Assembly: GCF_004010195.1 (NCBI RefSeq)
Contig: NC_057728.1
Span: forward strand, 52,530,401-52,594,400
Length of the DNA stretch: 64,000 bases
Reading direction: 5' to 3'
Source: Chiloscyllium plagiosum
Taxonomy: Eukaryota
Shown: in pieces, positions 1 to 12,209 of the stretch
Numbering within the stretch: position 1 is the stretch's first letter
How the letters are laid out: the number at the start of each line of letters is the position of its first letter
The notes under the pieces: generated by a model
Database searches by the model: none
Seen by the model: only the letters and a program-made list of their open reading frames with translations
Told to the model about the DNA's origin: nothing
Position numbers and translations under genes: made by a program

Positions 1-563
1 TGACCGTCCCCATCACCACCCTCCCTTTGCCCCTCATCACCCTCCCTCCCTCCCTCTCTTTCCCGTCATTCCTCTCTAAACTCCTGTTTCTTCAGTTGCA
101 TGCACAATTTGTATATATAATGAAATTGCAATTCTACGTGATCATATAGAGCTGACTGCATATGCACGGATTAGGATTAGCTGCTCTCAAAGTCATTGCG
201 CTTGTGTTTCTGGATTTGTGACAGTGCATTTGCAAGTGATTGTGGGTGTTGGTAGACACTGGCTTCCTATGTATTAGTGTCCCACTCCCGTAGTCTGTGA
301 GAAGCTATGCCCCCTCTCTGTCGCCGCCACCTGCCCCCATTTTTTAAAACAAAAAGTCTGTGCATATGTAGGCAGACAGCTTTAAAGAGGAAACCAGTGT
401 GTTAATGCTGTTCAAGAACAAGTTATTGCTGTGCATTGGAATGAACTAACTTTTTTGTTATGTTGCCTACGCCAATATTTGTATAAAATACAATTTGAAA
501 AACCTATTAGAGAACTGAGATGCACCCATTTTGAATTTTTGCATGTTTTCTTTTTCGAGAAAG

Positions 564-733
564 GTTATACCAGGAAAGAAGTACGCAGCACGAGTTGCAC
601 CCAATCATCTAAATGTTTACATCAATCTCGCAAATTTGATTCGAGGGAATGAATCTCGTTTGGAGGAGGCTGACCAACTGTACCGCCAAGCAATCAGTAT
701 GAGACCTGATTTTAAGCAGGCATACATCAACAG
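564..733 (+). CDS. TMTC3: TMTC3 internal coding exon (TPR region), 170 bp
   Basis: Pyrimidine tract plus AG at 562-563. Encodes [57 protein letters not shown], matching vertebrate TMTC3 as I recall it. Donor AG|GTATAG at 733/734, phase 2. Confidence 0.95.
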
Positions 734-916
734 GTATAGAATCCTCAAAACGTGCTGTGCAGAAGGAGGCCAAGTAATCCACTATGTCTGTGCTGGCTCT
801 TTGAAAAGGCAGCTGTGCTTAATTTTGCTGAATCTAACTTTCCTGCTTTTTGTCTCTAACCCAGTTGTCCTTAAGAATCTGTGTAATTCCCTTTTAAAGA
901 AGATATTTATCTTTTA

Positions 917-1226
917 TTAGATTAGATTCCCTACAATGTGGATACAGGCCTTTTGGCCCAACAAGTTCACACTAACCCTCCGAAGAATAACCCACCCAGA
1001 TCCATTTCCCTCTGACTAATGCACCTAACACTATGGGCAATTAAGCGTGGCCAATTCACCTGACCTGCACATCTTTGGACTGTGGGAGGAAACCGGAGCA
1101 CCCGGAGGAAACCCACGCAGACACTGGGAGAATGTGCAAGCTCCACACAGGCAGTCGCCTGAGACTGGAATCGAACCTGGGACCCTGTGAGGCAGCAGTG
1201 CTAACCACTGAGCCACTGTGCCGCCC
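917..1226 (-). mobile_element. HE1-type tRNA-derived SINE (V-SINE), full length, intronic
   Basis: Reverse strand reads GGGCGGCACAGTGGCTCAGTGGTTAGCACTGCTGCCTCACAG...GGTTCGATTCC (A/B boxes), then a V-domain-like core and a (TAATC)n tail. Confidence 0.85.
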
Positions 1227-1944
1227 CTATTTCACCACCTACTCAGTGAACCGGATTCTAACAGCTCTATGTGAAAAGGTCTTCCCATTGCCTCTCTTCA
1301 TCTTTTGCTTCTGGTTTTAAATCGACGATCTCTGATTAATGACCCACTTACCAGGGGAATGATTTGTCTACTCAAAATCTCTCATCGTCCTGGAAACCTC
1401 TTTTAGGTCACTATAGCAAAGCCTTTGTTTTCTGCTTTGTTGATAAGGATGTTGTTTGTTCACGGCTTGAGAAGATACCAATGGTGAGAAGTCCTCTTGA
1501 GCCCCTTAAAGCAGGTTGATAGGGCAGAGTGGCTTGCTCAGTCATTTTAAGAGTAAACTGAAATGTCAGTCACATTGGTGTGGATTTGAAGTCACTGTGG
1601 GCAAGACAGGGTAATGACACTTGCTTCCCTAAAATAAATTAGTGAACCAGATGTGTTTTTGTGCAATCTGGCAACCTCATAATCACTTTTAATAAATAAG
1701 CTTATTACTCCTAGGTTTGTTTAACAACTGAATTCAGATTTTCATAACTGCCATAGTAGGATATGGGATTGCTTTCTGAGGTACTAGTTCAATCATTTCT
1801 GTTGACATATTTGTCCATATAATAGAAACTTCTTTAAATGATCTCCACTGTGATTAATTGGAGGTTAAGTTCAATGTGCTCCATGTATGCTGCAAGCAAA
1901 ACACTGCTGAAGTTTGTTAGAAACTTATGTTGAGAGCTTAGGAA

Positions 1945-2590
1945 CATGAGTAGGCCAGTGGCTCATTGTACCTGCACCATCATTTTATAGTATCGTGGCT
2001 GACTGAACACTTCAATATCTTTTTGCCTGGACCATTCCCTTAACTGTTTATGCAAATTGATAATCATGAATCTAGCAACTTACCCTTTAATATTCCCGAC
2101 GACAGAGCTTTCACACCCCTCTGGGTTAGGGAATTCCAAAGATTCACAATCTACTGAGTAAAGAAATTTCTCCTTGTCCTAAAAGGCATCCCATCTTATT
2201 TTTAAATTGCTGCCTGTGGTTTGAGATAAGCCAACCAGAGGAAATGTCATACCTGCAACTACTCTATCTATCGCTTTCGATATTTTGTAGGATTCAATGA
2301 GATCATTTCTCATACTTCAAAATTCTAGAGAATGCAAGCCCAGTTTGCCCAGTCTCTTGTCAAAGGACAGGTTGCACCAACTGAGGAACAATGCTGGTGA
2401 ACCTTATCTGTGACAATGATATCTTTTCTGAAGTAAGGAGGCCAAAACTGCGCACACTGCTCCAGGTGTAGTCTAATCAAGCTTCTGAGTAGTTGAAGCA
2501 AGCCTTCATTGCTCCTGTTCTCAGATCTTCTTGCAATGGAAGCTAACATTCTGTTAACCTTATGGCTTGTTGCATTTGCATGTTGGCCTT
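1945..2590 (-). mobile_element. Old CR1 LINE 3' fragment
   Basis: Minus-strand translation LRSLIRLHLEQCAQFWPPYFRKDI resembles the CR1 ORF2 C-terminal [15 protein letters not shown] motif. Confidence 0.75.
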
Positions 2591-3184
2591 CATTCACAAG
2601 GACACGTATTTATGCAGTTATTGTCATGATAGGTTGCAGAAACTTTTTATTCAGGAAAACTAATTTGAGAAAAAGTCCTGTATTAAATGCTTAAATGACT
2701 ATTGCAGTGCAAGATTTACGAAATAACGAGATCTTTTCTATTTACTGCATCACTGTGGATGTTTATAGTTCTGAGTAGTTTTCTTTTGATGCAAATCATT
2801 GTCACTGTGGAAAGTAATGTCGGAGACTTTTAAAATGTTTTTGAACCCTAAAGCTGGTTATGTTTGAACAGTGTGCTGTCAGTTGATGATATAAATCTTC
2901 ATTTGTACTGCTGATTTTCATTTGCTATTTTGTTGACAGCATCTTTATCGTGTTTCTAGGTTTTTAAAAAAAAAATGCAGGTTAGTTATCTGAATCCAAA
3001 AATGAATTTGTATATACTATTTGTTCTAAATACTATAAGATTTACGTTACCTGCTGATATCCATTAACCTGCTGCAGATTGTGGTAGTAGAGATTGTACT
3101 GGTCCCTTGTACAGATACTTGCAGAAGTACGAGTTAGTGTCTGACTATTTGTGGGATCTTGCTGTACATGATTTTTCATTGGTG

Positions 3185-4760
3185 TTCATGAGTTAGTGGC
3201 AGCACTGATGGCCAACGTTTGCTGCCCATCCCTGGTTTCCCTCATGAAGGTAATGGTGAATTTCCACGTTGAACTGCAGTCCATTTGCTGCAAGGTGACC
3301 CACAATGCAGTTAAGGAGAGAGTTCCACGGCTTGACCCAGTGACCCTGAAGGAAAGGCAATATGTATCCAAATCATGGTAGTGAGTAGGTTGGAGACAAA
3401 ATTACACGGTGGTGCTCCCATCTGTCTGCTGCCATTGTCCTTCTAAATGCTGGTGGTCATGGATTTGGAAAGTGATGTCAGAGCAGCCTTGGTGAATTGT
3501 GCATCTTGCAGATGGCATTGGGTATTGATGATGGGGGGGGGGGGGTGAATGTTTGTGGACAGGGTGCCAGTCAAGCAGCTGTTTTGGCTTGGATGGTGTT
3601 GAGTTTCTTGTGCTGTTGGAGTCGCGACCATCCAGGCAAGTGGGGAGTATTCCATTATACTTTTGACAGGCTTTGAGGAATTAGGTGAGTTACTTGCTAC
3701 AGGATTCAGAGTTTCTGACTTGCTCTTGTGCACAGCATTCCCTCTAATTTTCATTGTGACTGCACCAACATCCGAGGGGTCCATGCTTGGCCATGACTTC
3801 CAGAGCCAGATTTCAATGTCGTGATCAGCCTACTGTAATTGTCCAGGTTGGATTTGTCTTGCTTTTTTGTATATAGAATATAACTGGCGCACTTTCCACA
3901 TTATTGGACAGATGCCTGCGTTGTGGGTGGTCTGGAAAAGCATGAGTCTCGAATGCTATTGCTAGAATGTTGTCAGTCCCAATAGCTATTGCTGCATCCA
4001 GTGCATCCAGCTGCTTCTTGATATCACTTGGAGTGAATTGAAATAGCTGGGGCCCACTGGAGGTGACAAAGATGGATCATCCACTCAGCAATTGTAGCTG
4101 AAGATTGTTACAAATTCTTCAGCCATATCTTTTGCACTGATGTGCCAGGCTTCCCTGTCATTGAGGTGGGAATGTTTGTGGCGTTCTTGTCCATGAACAT
4201 TCATGATCAGACGTGGCAGATTTGAGGATAAGGCAAGTTTGTTTCTCCCTAAAGTGTGTTCCCTCGTCACCTTTAGGATCTGACCAGCTCAGTCAGCAGT
4301 GCTGTTGCTGACCCAGTCTTGTGTAAACATTGATGTCCCCTACCTAGAGTGCATTCTGCTCCCTTGCCACCTTCAGTGTTTCCTCAAATGCTCTGCAACA
4401 TGAAGGAGTACAGATTTATCAGGTGAGGGTAGTGGGGTGGAAAGGTACTTGATAATCAACAGGACACTTCCTTGCCCGTGTCTGATACTATGAGATTCCA
4501 TTCAGTCAAGAGTCAATGTTGAGGGCTCCCAGTGCAACTCTCTCCTGATAGTATACCACTATGATGCTACCTCTGCTGGATTGGTCCTGCTAATGGTGCA
4601 GAAAATGTGATGGTGTTGTTTAGGACATAATGTGTGACTGTGCCAGGCTATGGCTGAACTGCTTTGGCAATTGTGGTACAAATCCCCATAAGTAAAGAGA
4701 ACTTTATATGGTTGACAAGCTTGTGTTTACTGTTGTTGCTCCCATGCCTTAGTTGATGCC
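3185..4760 (-). mobile_element. Degenerate non-LTR retrotransposon fragments (CR1/L2 group)
   Basis: Its 3' portion (gagtattccat.., catccaggcaagtgg..) recurs at 27250-27775 and 33100-33610, and reversed near 24130-24520. No intact ORF. Confidence 0.55.
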
Positions 4761-5322
4761 AGTGATTTCTCTGGTTTAATTTCTTTTGCGAGACTTTTTA
4801 ACTGTTGGTAAATGCTGAGTGGCTTGTGAAGCCACTTCAGAGGGCCATTGAGAAGCAGGCACATTGCTGTGGGTCTGAAATCACATGTGAGCCAGAGCAG
4901 GTAACAATGTTATTTTGCTTTTCTGAGGGACATTAGTGAACTAGATTGGCATGATTTCATGGTCACCATTAGGTTTTCAGTTCCAGATTTTTCATTGAAT
5001 TGAAATTTCACTATCTGTCTTGGTTGGATTTGAATCCTTATACCCAGAATATTACCTGAGTCTGTGGATCACAATCGCTTGGACATTGTCTCGCCAAATT
5101 TGGCTCCTGCCTAACCTATATTATAGCAGTGACTGTGTTAAAACCAGTGGCTTTAAACAGTTTTGGAGTTTTTGAGATTGTGGATGGTGCTATAAAAATT
5201 CAAGTTGTTCTTTCTCTTCAATTCATCACTCAGAACAGTGGGATTTATTTAATGCCTCCTGCCATGATCAGAACTACAATATTTGCACATACCTTGCAGT
5301 AAATGCTTTGTTTGATTTTCAG

Positions 5323-5549
5323 GGGTGAGTTACTTCTGAAGATGGACAGGCCTCTGGAGGCCAGGGATGCCTACATAAGAGCCTTGGAGTTGGATAAGAC
5401 CAATGCTGACCTCTGGTATAATTTGGCGATTGTTTACATTGAGCTCAAAGATCCAACTGAAGCCTTGAAACATTTCAACCAAGCTCTAGAAATCAGTTCT
5501 AACCACAAGCTGGCACTATTTAACTCTGGTCTGCTTATGCAAGAATCAG
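5323..5549 (+). CDS. TMTC3: TMTC3 penultimate coding exon (TPR repeats), 227 bp
   Basis: Acceptor ttttcAG at 5321-5322; its first G completes the Arg codon from the previous exon. Encodes [75 protein letters not shown]. Donor G|GTAAAT, phase 1. Confidence 0.95.
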
Positions 5550-5972
5550 GTAAATGGGCAAGTTATCCTTAAAACCAATCTTTGCTTAAATCGGTGATGT
5601 ACTGAGCATTGAACTGGTGTTACAAGTTTAAAGCCGATTTCAAATGTTATCAAAGGACCTGTTTTGTGAGGAGCTATTGGGTAAGATACAAGTGCTTGAG
5701 GTAAATGTCTTTTTATCAATGGGTAGGAAGGTCATTTCTTCTGTGCTGTTAACTTCGTCCGTGGCTGCCATCTCTCGAGGATTGAAAATCCCACTGGAGT
5801 AGAATAATGAAGCTGAATCCAATGTGCTGAGCACTCATTGCAAAAACTCTCATTTGAAAGTTCAAAATTGATTATTTCATACATTTGAAAATTGGAAAAT
5901 TTATTGTCAACACTAAGCTTTCTCACCCTTTTAATTCTAATTGAAGGTTCTTCATATGCACTTTGAAAAACA

Positions 5973-6599
5973 GGATGTAAGTTTGCTCATTAAGCTGATA
6001 AATTTGTTCTCAGATGTTTTGTCACCATGCTAGGTAACATCAGTGAGTCTCAGTGAAGTGCTGGTGTTCTGACCAGCTTTCTACTTGTGTCTTGGTCTGT
6101 TAAGGTGGGTGATTTCATTTCTGGTTCTTTTTCTGAGAGATTGGTAAGTGGGGGCCAAATCGATATGTTTATTGATGGAGTTCCGTTTTAAATGCCAGGC
6201 CTTTAGGAATTTTCGTGCATGTCTCTGTTTAGCCAGCTATTACTAGCATCCTTACACACAGATAAAGAAGAACACCACTTTGCCTGGGGCAACACATCCA
6301 TCCTAGAACAGACTAAACAGAGACACACAGCAATTCCTAGAGGCTGGCATTCAAACCGGAACTCCATCAATAAACACGCCGATTTGGACTCCATTTACCA
6401 ACCCCTCAGAAAAAGAACCAGAAATTATATCACCAGCCTTAACAAACCAAGACACCTAAATAGAAAGTGGGACAGAACACCAGTGCTTCCCCGGAGGCTC
6501 ACTGGTGACAAAACGTCTGAGAACAAACCTACCAGCTCAGCGAGCAAACTTACAACCTGAACCACAACATGAGCTACAAAGCTTCTCAAAAATCGCAAT
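5973..6599. mobile_element. Penelope-like element (family B), fold-back copy with GIY-YIG 3' remnant
   Basis: 5973-6230 is the reverse complement of 6310-6555. The + arm encodes HHFAWGNTSILEQTKQRH..WHSNRNSINKH (PLE endonuclease C-terminus). Flanked by ctttgaaaaaca (5961-5972) and ctttgcaaaaca (6600-6611). Confidence 0.85.
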
Positions 6600-6781
6600 C
6601 TTTGCAAAACATTTAAGGTACACAAGATAAAAAGTGATTAATGCTTTGGAATGTATTTAGAAGTTTTAAATGTAGAGATTGATTTAATCTTGATCCTCCG
6701 ATCTGTATTGAATCGTTTTGACGACAGTATGTGGTGATTACTCAAATATCCCCTAGGCTGGTCTGTGTCTATCAACTCTGG

Positions 6782-7668
6782 CCCAGTTGGATGACGTGCC
6801 AGCTCTGAGTCAGAGCTCTGACTTCCATTCCCCCTCTACAAAAGTCAAAGCTGACATGCCCAGTACAATACAAGTAAAGGGCTGCAATGTTGTAGGTATA
6901 GGTGTTAAATGGAGGGCCTATTTGCATGCATTGGTAAATGTGAAAAGTGCCATGAGGCTATGTCAAAGCAGATGGGTAGTCTTCCTAATGTCCTAGCCCT
7001 GGATGTAGGTTTGCTCGCTGAGCTGGAAGGTTCATTTCTAGATGTTTCGTCACCCAACTAGGTAGCATCTTCAGTGGGCCTCAAGCGAAGCACTGCTGAT
7101 ATTCCTGCTTTCTATTTATATGTTTGAGTTTCTTTGGTGATGTCACTTCCTGTTCTCCTTTTCAGGGTGTGGTAGATGGGGTCTAACTTGATGTTTGTTG
7201 ATAGAGTTAGACCTCCATCTAACACCCCCTGAGAAAAAGAACAGGAAGTGACTTCACCACAGGAAATGTCATCACCACAGCAATTGATTTCACCGACCCA
7301 AAGAAACCCAAACATAGAAAGCAGGGATTATCAGCAGTGCTTCGTCTGAGGCCCACTAAAGATATTACCTAGTAGGGTGATGAAACATCTGGAAATGAAC
7401 CTTCTAGCTCGGTGAGCTAACCTACATCCAGAACCTCAACCTGAGCTACAAATCTTATCAAAACTCGCTACTGTCCTAGCCATTATTTATTTCTGAAAGG
7501 ACATCTTCACAGTAGGTTATCTCTTTGGCAGCTAGTTGTGTGCACATTGGCTGCCTTGTTTTCTTACATTGCAACAAGGACTGCATCGGAAAAGTACAGC
7601 ATTGGCTGCAGAGTGCTTTAAGGTATCCAAATGTGGTCAATGGCATCATATAAATGTAAGCTTTTCTT
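6782..7668 (+). mobile_element. Ancient SacSINE1/DeuSINE-like SINE split by a PLE insertion
   Basis: tRNA-like head (cagttgg..gctctgagtcaga), central body, and ...ttggctg..tataaatgtaagc tail. The sequence is continuous across the 6999-7471 insertion. Similar relics lie at 9690-10030, 19080-19580 and 52320-52745 (-). Confidence 0.6.
6999..7471. mobile_element. Penelope-like element (family B), palindromic non-autonomous copy
   Basis: Left arm 6999-7190 is the reverse complement of right arm 7205-7431. Perfect 10-bp TSD tgtcctagcc at 6989-6998 and 7472-7481. Confidence 0.88.
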
Positions 7669-7845
7669 CCTTAATCATGATATACCTCTCTAATTGCCCT
7701 TTGAAATAGCCTAAAATGTTGTTCAGTTGTGACCACCATCTTTTTCAGATTAGTTAGAGATGGGTAACAATGCTGGGATTGCCAATGACCGCTGTGTCCT
7801 GTGAATTAGAAGAACGTGGCCACTTGCTTTGGCTGTTGCTGAATA

Positions 7846-7974
7846 CAGAGGAACCTTGATTTATCTGAAGGACATGGTCGGGCAGTATTTCGGTTGGATA
7901 ATCGAATGTCGGATAACATAGTTTAGCCGAGCATCAGGACCTTGCGATCTTGCCGGATAATCGAGATTCCTCTG
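7846..7974. mobile_element. TA-flanked MITE (Tc1/mariner-pogo/Tigger type)
   Basis: TA|CAGAGGAACCTTGATTTATC...GATAATCGAGATTCCTCTG|TA: imperfect ~20-bp terminal inverted repeats with a TA duplication. Confidence 0.8.
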
Positions 7975-8187
7975 TATCTCTTCCCACATAGGCTGCATTT
8001 ACCATCACAATCAGGTGCCCTAGGTCTGACCTTCCCTGCCTGATGCCAGCCATGTACGCTCCATCTTACTGCAGTCTGTTATATCACCAGCTAATATCAC
8101 AAGCCCTGTCTGCACATATACAGGACCATTTTGACATTACGAATAACTAATCTACTCTAGTTATTGGTTGCATTAGGAAGGACTTGT

Positions 8188-9338
8188 AGAGTCATAACGA
8201 TATACAGCACGGAAACAAACCCTTTGGTCCAACTTGTCCATACTGACCAGATATCCCAACCCAATCTAATCCCACCTGGTGCTCCCGGCCCATATCCCTC
8301 CAAACCCTAGCTATTCATATACTCATCTAAATGCCTTTTGAATGTTGCAATCCTACTAGCCTCCATCACTTCTTTTGGCAGCTCACATGCACCACCCTCT
8401 GCATGAAAGCGTTGCCCCTTAGGTCTCTTTTACATTTTTCCCCTCTCACTCTAAACCTATGCGGTCTAGTTTTGGTCTCCTCCACCCCAGGGAAGAGACT
8501 TTGTTTATTTATCCTATGCATGCCCCTCATGACTTTATAAACCTCTATGAGGTCACTCCTCAGCCTCCAATGCTCCAGGGAAAACAGCCGCAGCCTATTC
8601 AGTCTCTCCCTAGAGCATTCATCCTTCAACCCTGGTAACATCCTTGTAAATCTTTTCTGAACCTTTTCAAGTTTCACAACAACTTTCCAATAGGAAGGAG
8701 ACCAGAATTGCTTTCAATATTCTAACAGTGTCCTAACCAAGGTCCTGTACAGCCGCAACATGACCTCCCAACTCCTGTACTCAATACTCTGACCAATAAA
8801 GGAAAGCATACCAAATGCTGCCTTCACTATCCTATCTCCTGCAACTCTACTTTCAAGGAGTTATGAATCTGCACTCCAAGGTTTCTTTGTTCAACAACAC
8901 TCCCTAGAATCTTACCATTAAGTGCATAAGTCCTGTTAAGAATTGCTTTCCCAAAATGCAGCACCTCACGTTTATCTAAATTAATCTCCATCTGCCACTT
9001 CTCAGCGTAGGTGCCCATCTGATCAAGATCCTGTAGTAAGCTGAGGTGACCTTCACAACCCCAATTTTGGTGTCGTCTGCAAACTTACTAACTATACCTC
9101 TTATGCTCACATCCAAATCATTTACTTAAATGACGAAAAGTAGTGGACTCAGCACTGATCCTTGTGGCACTCAACTGGTCACAGACCTCCAGTCTGAAAA
9201 ATAACCTTGCACCACCACTCCGTCCCACTTTTGACCCAGTTTTGTATCCAGATGGCTAGTTCTTCCTGTATTCCATAAGATCTAACCTTGCTAAGCAAGT
9301 TTCCCATGGAGAACCTTGTCGAATGCCTTACTGAAGTC
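8188..9338 (-). mobile_element. CR1 (HER1-like) LINE, 5'-truncated, intronic
   Basis: Minus-strand ORF2 fragments [33 protein letters not shown] and GIQEELAIWIQNW, with a (TATGACTC) tail near 8188. Confidence 0.92.
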
Positions 9339-9349
9339 AGTTGATGTGG

Positions 9350-9635
9350 ATTGGTAAGCACTGCTGCCTTGCAGCGCGAAGACCCAGGTTCGACTCCAGC
9401 CTTGGGCGACTGTCTGTGTGGAGTTTGCACATTCTCCCCATGTCTGTGTGAGTTTCCTCCCACAGTCCAAAAGATGTGTAGGTCACATGAATTTGCCATG
9501 TTGAATTGTCCATAGTGTTAGGTGCATTAGTCAGAGGGAAGTGGAGCTGGGTGGTTTACTCTTCGGAGGGTCGGTGTGGACTTGTTGGGCCGAAGGGCCT
9601 GTTTCCACACTGTAGGGGATCTAATCCAATCTAAT
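9350..9635 (+). mobile_element. HE1-type SINE, head-to-head with the CR1 5' end
   Basis: gcactgctgcc..ggttcgactcc..gggcctgtttccacactgtag..(taatc) tail. Confidence 0.85.
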
Positions 9636-10604
9636 TTTCTAAGAATAAACATTTTTGTTGGGTTAATTGAAGACTAGGTGCCCTGTATAAGGTGGTCATG
9701 GTTTAAGTTCATCTCTCGGCATCTCCTGAGTATATAATCTAAACTGACACTTCCATTGCAGTCTTTGAGGAAGGCCTGCACTGCCATCTTACACCCTGTC
9801 AATTTGCTCAGTTGGGCATAAAAGGTGCCAAGACACAATTTCGAAAAAGAGCAAAGATGTTGTCACCAATATACTGGGACAAATTCTTATCCCAAAAACA
9901 TCTTTTTTTGAAAAAATGAGGCCTGGCAGGTTTTGGTAGTATTTTTGTGAGCCCCTGATGTGCATACATGCTGTTGTGTTTCTGGTATTACAACACTGAC
10001 TGCATTTCTAAACTGTCCAGTTGGCTATGTGCTGCAGTCAGTTTGTTCGCAGCTAGGCTGTGGATCATTGTATTGCAGTTGAGGTCCTGGAAACGGTTAC
10101 CTGACAACCTCATTGATGTCCTTTGGAAATGAGAAACAGCATTTTAAAGGTGGGGGGAGGTAATTAGTTGTGAGAAGCATGCTGTAGTATAAATTCTTAT
10201 AGGCTAACCCACATTGAAGGATTCTCAAGTAATAATTGTGCAATTTGTTTTACATTAAGTCAAAAAGAAGCATTCAGTAAAATATAACCTTTCAGCTTCT
10301 AATGGGTTCTGTACCACATTTTGTCTTGGAGTAAATTTGCTTAGCACTCTGTTTATCTTTCTCCCAATCCATGGAAGTATGATCTCTGGAGATCACAGCC
10401 ATTAGTTTAATTATTCCAGCATTTGATGAAATTGTGGCTGATTTGGGATCTAATTCCATCTACATTCCTTGCCTGATTTCTTTTTTAACCTTTAGTTAAT
10501 GGAAATCGTCCAAGCTCACTTTTGAAAAGTTGCTAAATCAATTGATTGGCATAGACTGCAATCTTGCATCCATAAAACATCAATGTAACTTGGGTTCAAG
10601 AAAG

Positions 10605-11060
10605 TTAAAAATCACGCAACACCAGGTTATAGTCCAACAGGTTTATTTGGAAGCACTAGCTTTCGGAGTGCTGCTCCTTCATCAGACTGTTGTGGACTAT
10701 AAGAACATAAGACACAGAATTTATAGCAAAAATTTACAGTGTGAAATTGTAACTGAAATTGTATGTTGAAAAAGACCTGGATTGTTTGTTAAGTCTCTCA
10801 TCTTTTAGAATGGGCATGTTGGTTTCAGTTCTTTCATATGTAAATCCCAGAACTGTTTTAAAGTTACATTCTCAAGTGAACTTTAGCAATTGGTGTCATG
10901 TTGGCCAGATAATGCGTTTAAGGTGTGAGGTGCCCTGTGTGAGGCTGTCTGTGCCACAATGTTCAGACTATTTTGAATCTAAAAAATTGATTTACAGAAT
11001 CTTACATGGATTCGTGCAGTTTTTGAGCAAAATAAAATGTAATTCTGCAAGTAAAACCCA

Positions 11061-11091
<31 letters not shown>

Positions 11092-11237
11092 GCCACACAT
11101 ACTTGACTGTCTGAGAGAGAGTATGAGAGTGTAAAGGGGTATAAGTCTATGAGAGGGTGCGTGTGTGTATGTGTGAGCGTACGAGAGAGATGGTCTGCGT
11201 GAGAGTATGGGTCTGTAGGTGTATGTTCAAGAAAGTA
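10605..11237 (-). mobile_element. Penelope-like element (family C) 3' portion with hammerhead core
   Basis: Minus strand 10655-10685 reads CTGATGA-A-GGAG-CAGCA-CTCC-GAAA-GC-TA. Contains poly(C) and (GA)/(GT) simple repeats. 13-bp TSD gggttcaagaaag at 10592-10604 and 11238-11250. PLE assignment rests on the terminal motif only. Confidence 0.7.
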
Positions 11238-11382
11238 GGGTTCAAGAAAGGAAGAGGAGTTATTTGTCATGGTTGCAGTCAGGTACTGCTTCCAGAAATT
11301 TACTTTGCTAACAAGGTGATTGAAGTGAAGACAATGAATTTTAAGATACTAAATGAATTAACATTTCCCTGTGATTTAACAG

Positions 11383-12209
11383 GTGAAGCAAGCCTGAGAC
11401 CTGAAGCAAAGAAGCGGTTTTTGAGTTATGTGGAAATGGAACCTGAGGATGCAAATGGCTACTTCAATCTGGGTATGCTTGCCATGGACAACAAGGAGAA
11501 TGTTGAAGCTGAATCCTGGATGAAGAAATCCATTCAGGTGCAACCAGGTTTCCGCAGCGCACTATTTAACCTGGCACTGCTATATTCTCAAACTGGGATG
11601 GAGATGCAGGCTCTTCCAGTTCTGGAGGACTTACTACATCATCACCCTGATCACATTAAAGGCCTTATCCTGAAGGGGGACATTCTCATGAACAAGAAAA
11701 AGGATATTAAAGGAGCCAAAAAATGCTTTGAAAGGATTTTGGAAATCGATCCCTCCAACGTTCAGGGGAAGCACAACCTGTGCGTGGTGTACTTTGAAGA
11801 GAAGGACCTTATGAGGGCTGAAGCTTGTCTGTCTGAGACCTTGGCTTTAGCACCTGATGAGGAGTACATCCACCGACACCTGAGCATTGTACGCAACAAG
11901 ATAGCAGCTCAGGGCAGTGGAGGCTCGTTGGAACAGTCAGCACCAGCCATCAGCCCAGCAAAGCGAGTGGGCGGTGAAGCCTCTACTGAGAGCCGGAAGG
12001 GGCACAGCAGCGAGCAGAGAAAAGTTTCCAAAATAGGGGACGCTTCTGAAGGTGACACAGAGTTTTCCAGCAATTCAAAACAATCTCAAAACAGTCTGAA
12101 CAAACGGACAAAAAAAAAGTCCAACAAAGAAATCAAAGAAATTGAAAAGAAGCGAGCCGCTGCCTTAAAGCGGCTGGAAGAGATTGAACGCATTTTGAAT
12201 GTCGAATAG
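11383..12209 (+). CDS. TMTC3: TMTC3 last coding exon (TPR repeats, low-complexity linker, C-terminal coiled coil)
   Basis: Acceptor taacAG at 11381-11382 with compatible phase 1 (G+GT=Gly). Encodes [36 protein letters not shown]...[24 protein letters not shown], ending at TAG; this is the characteristic TMTC3 C-terminus. Confidence 0.96.

Noticed and set aside
11157..11382. N-terminal 75 aa of the 350-aa ORF
   Set aside because: Intronic PLE and simple-repeat sequence upstream of the real acceptor at 11381-11382; not TMTC3-like.
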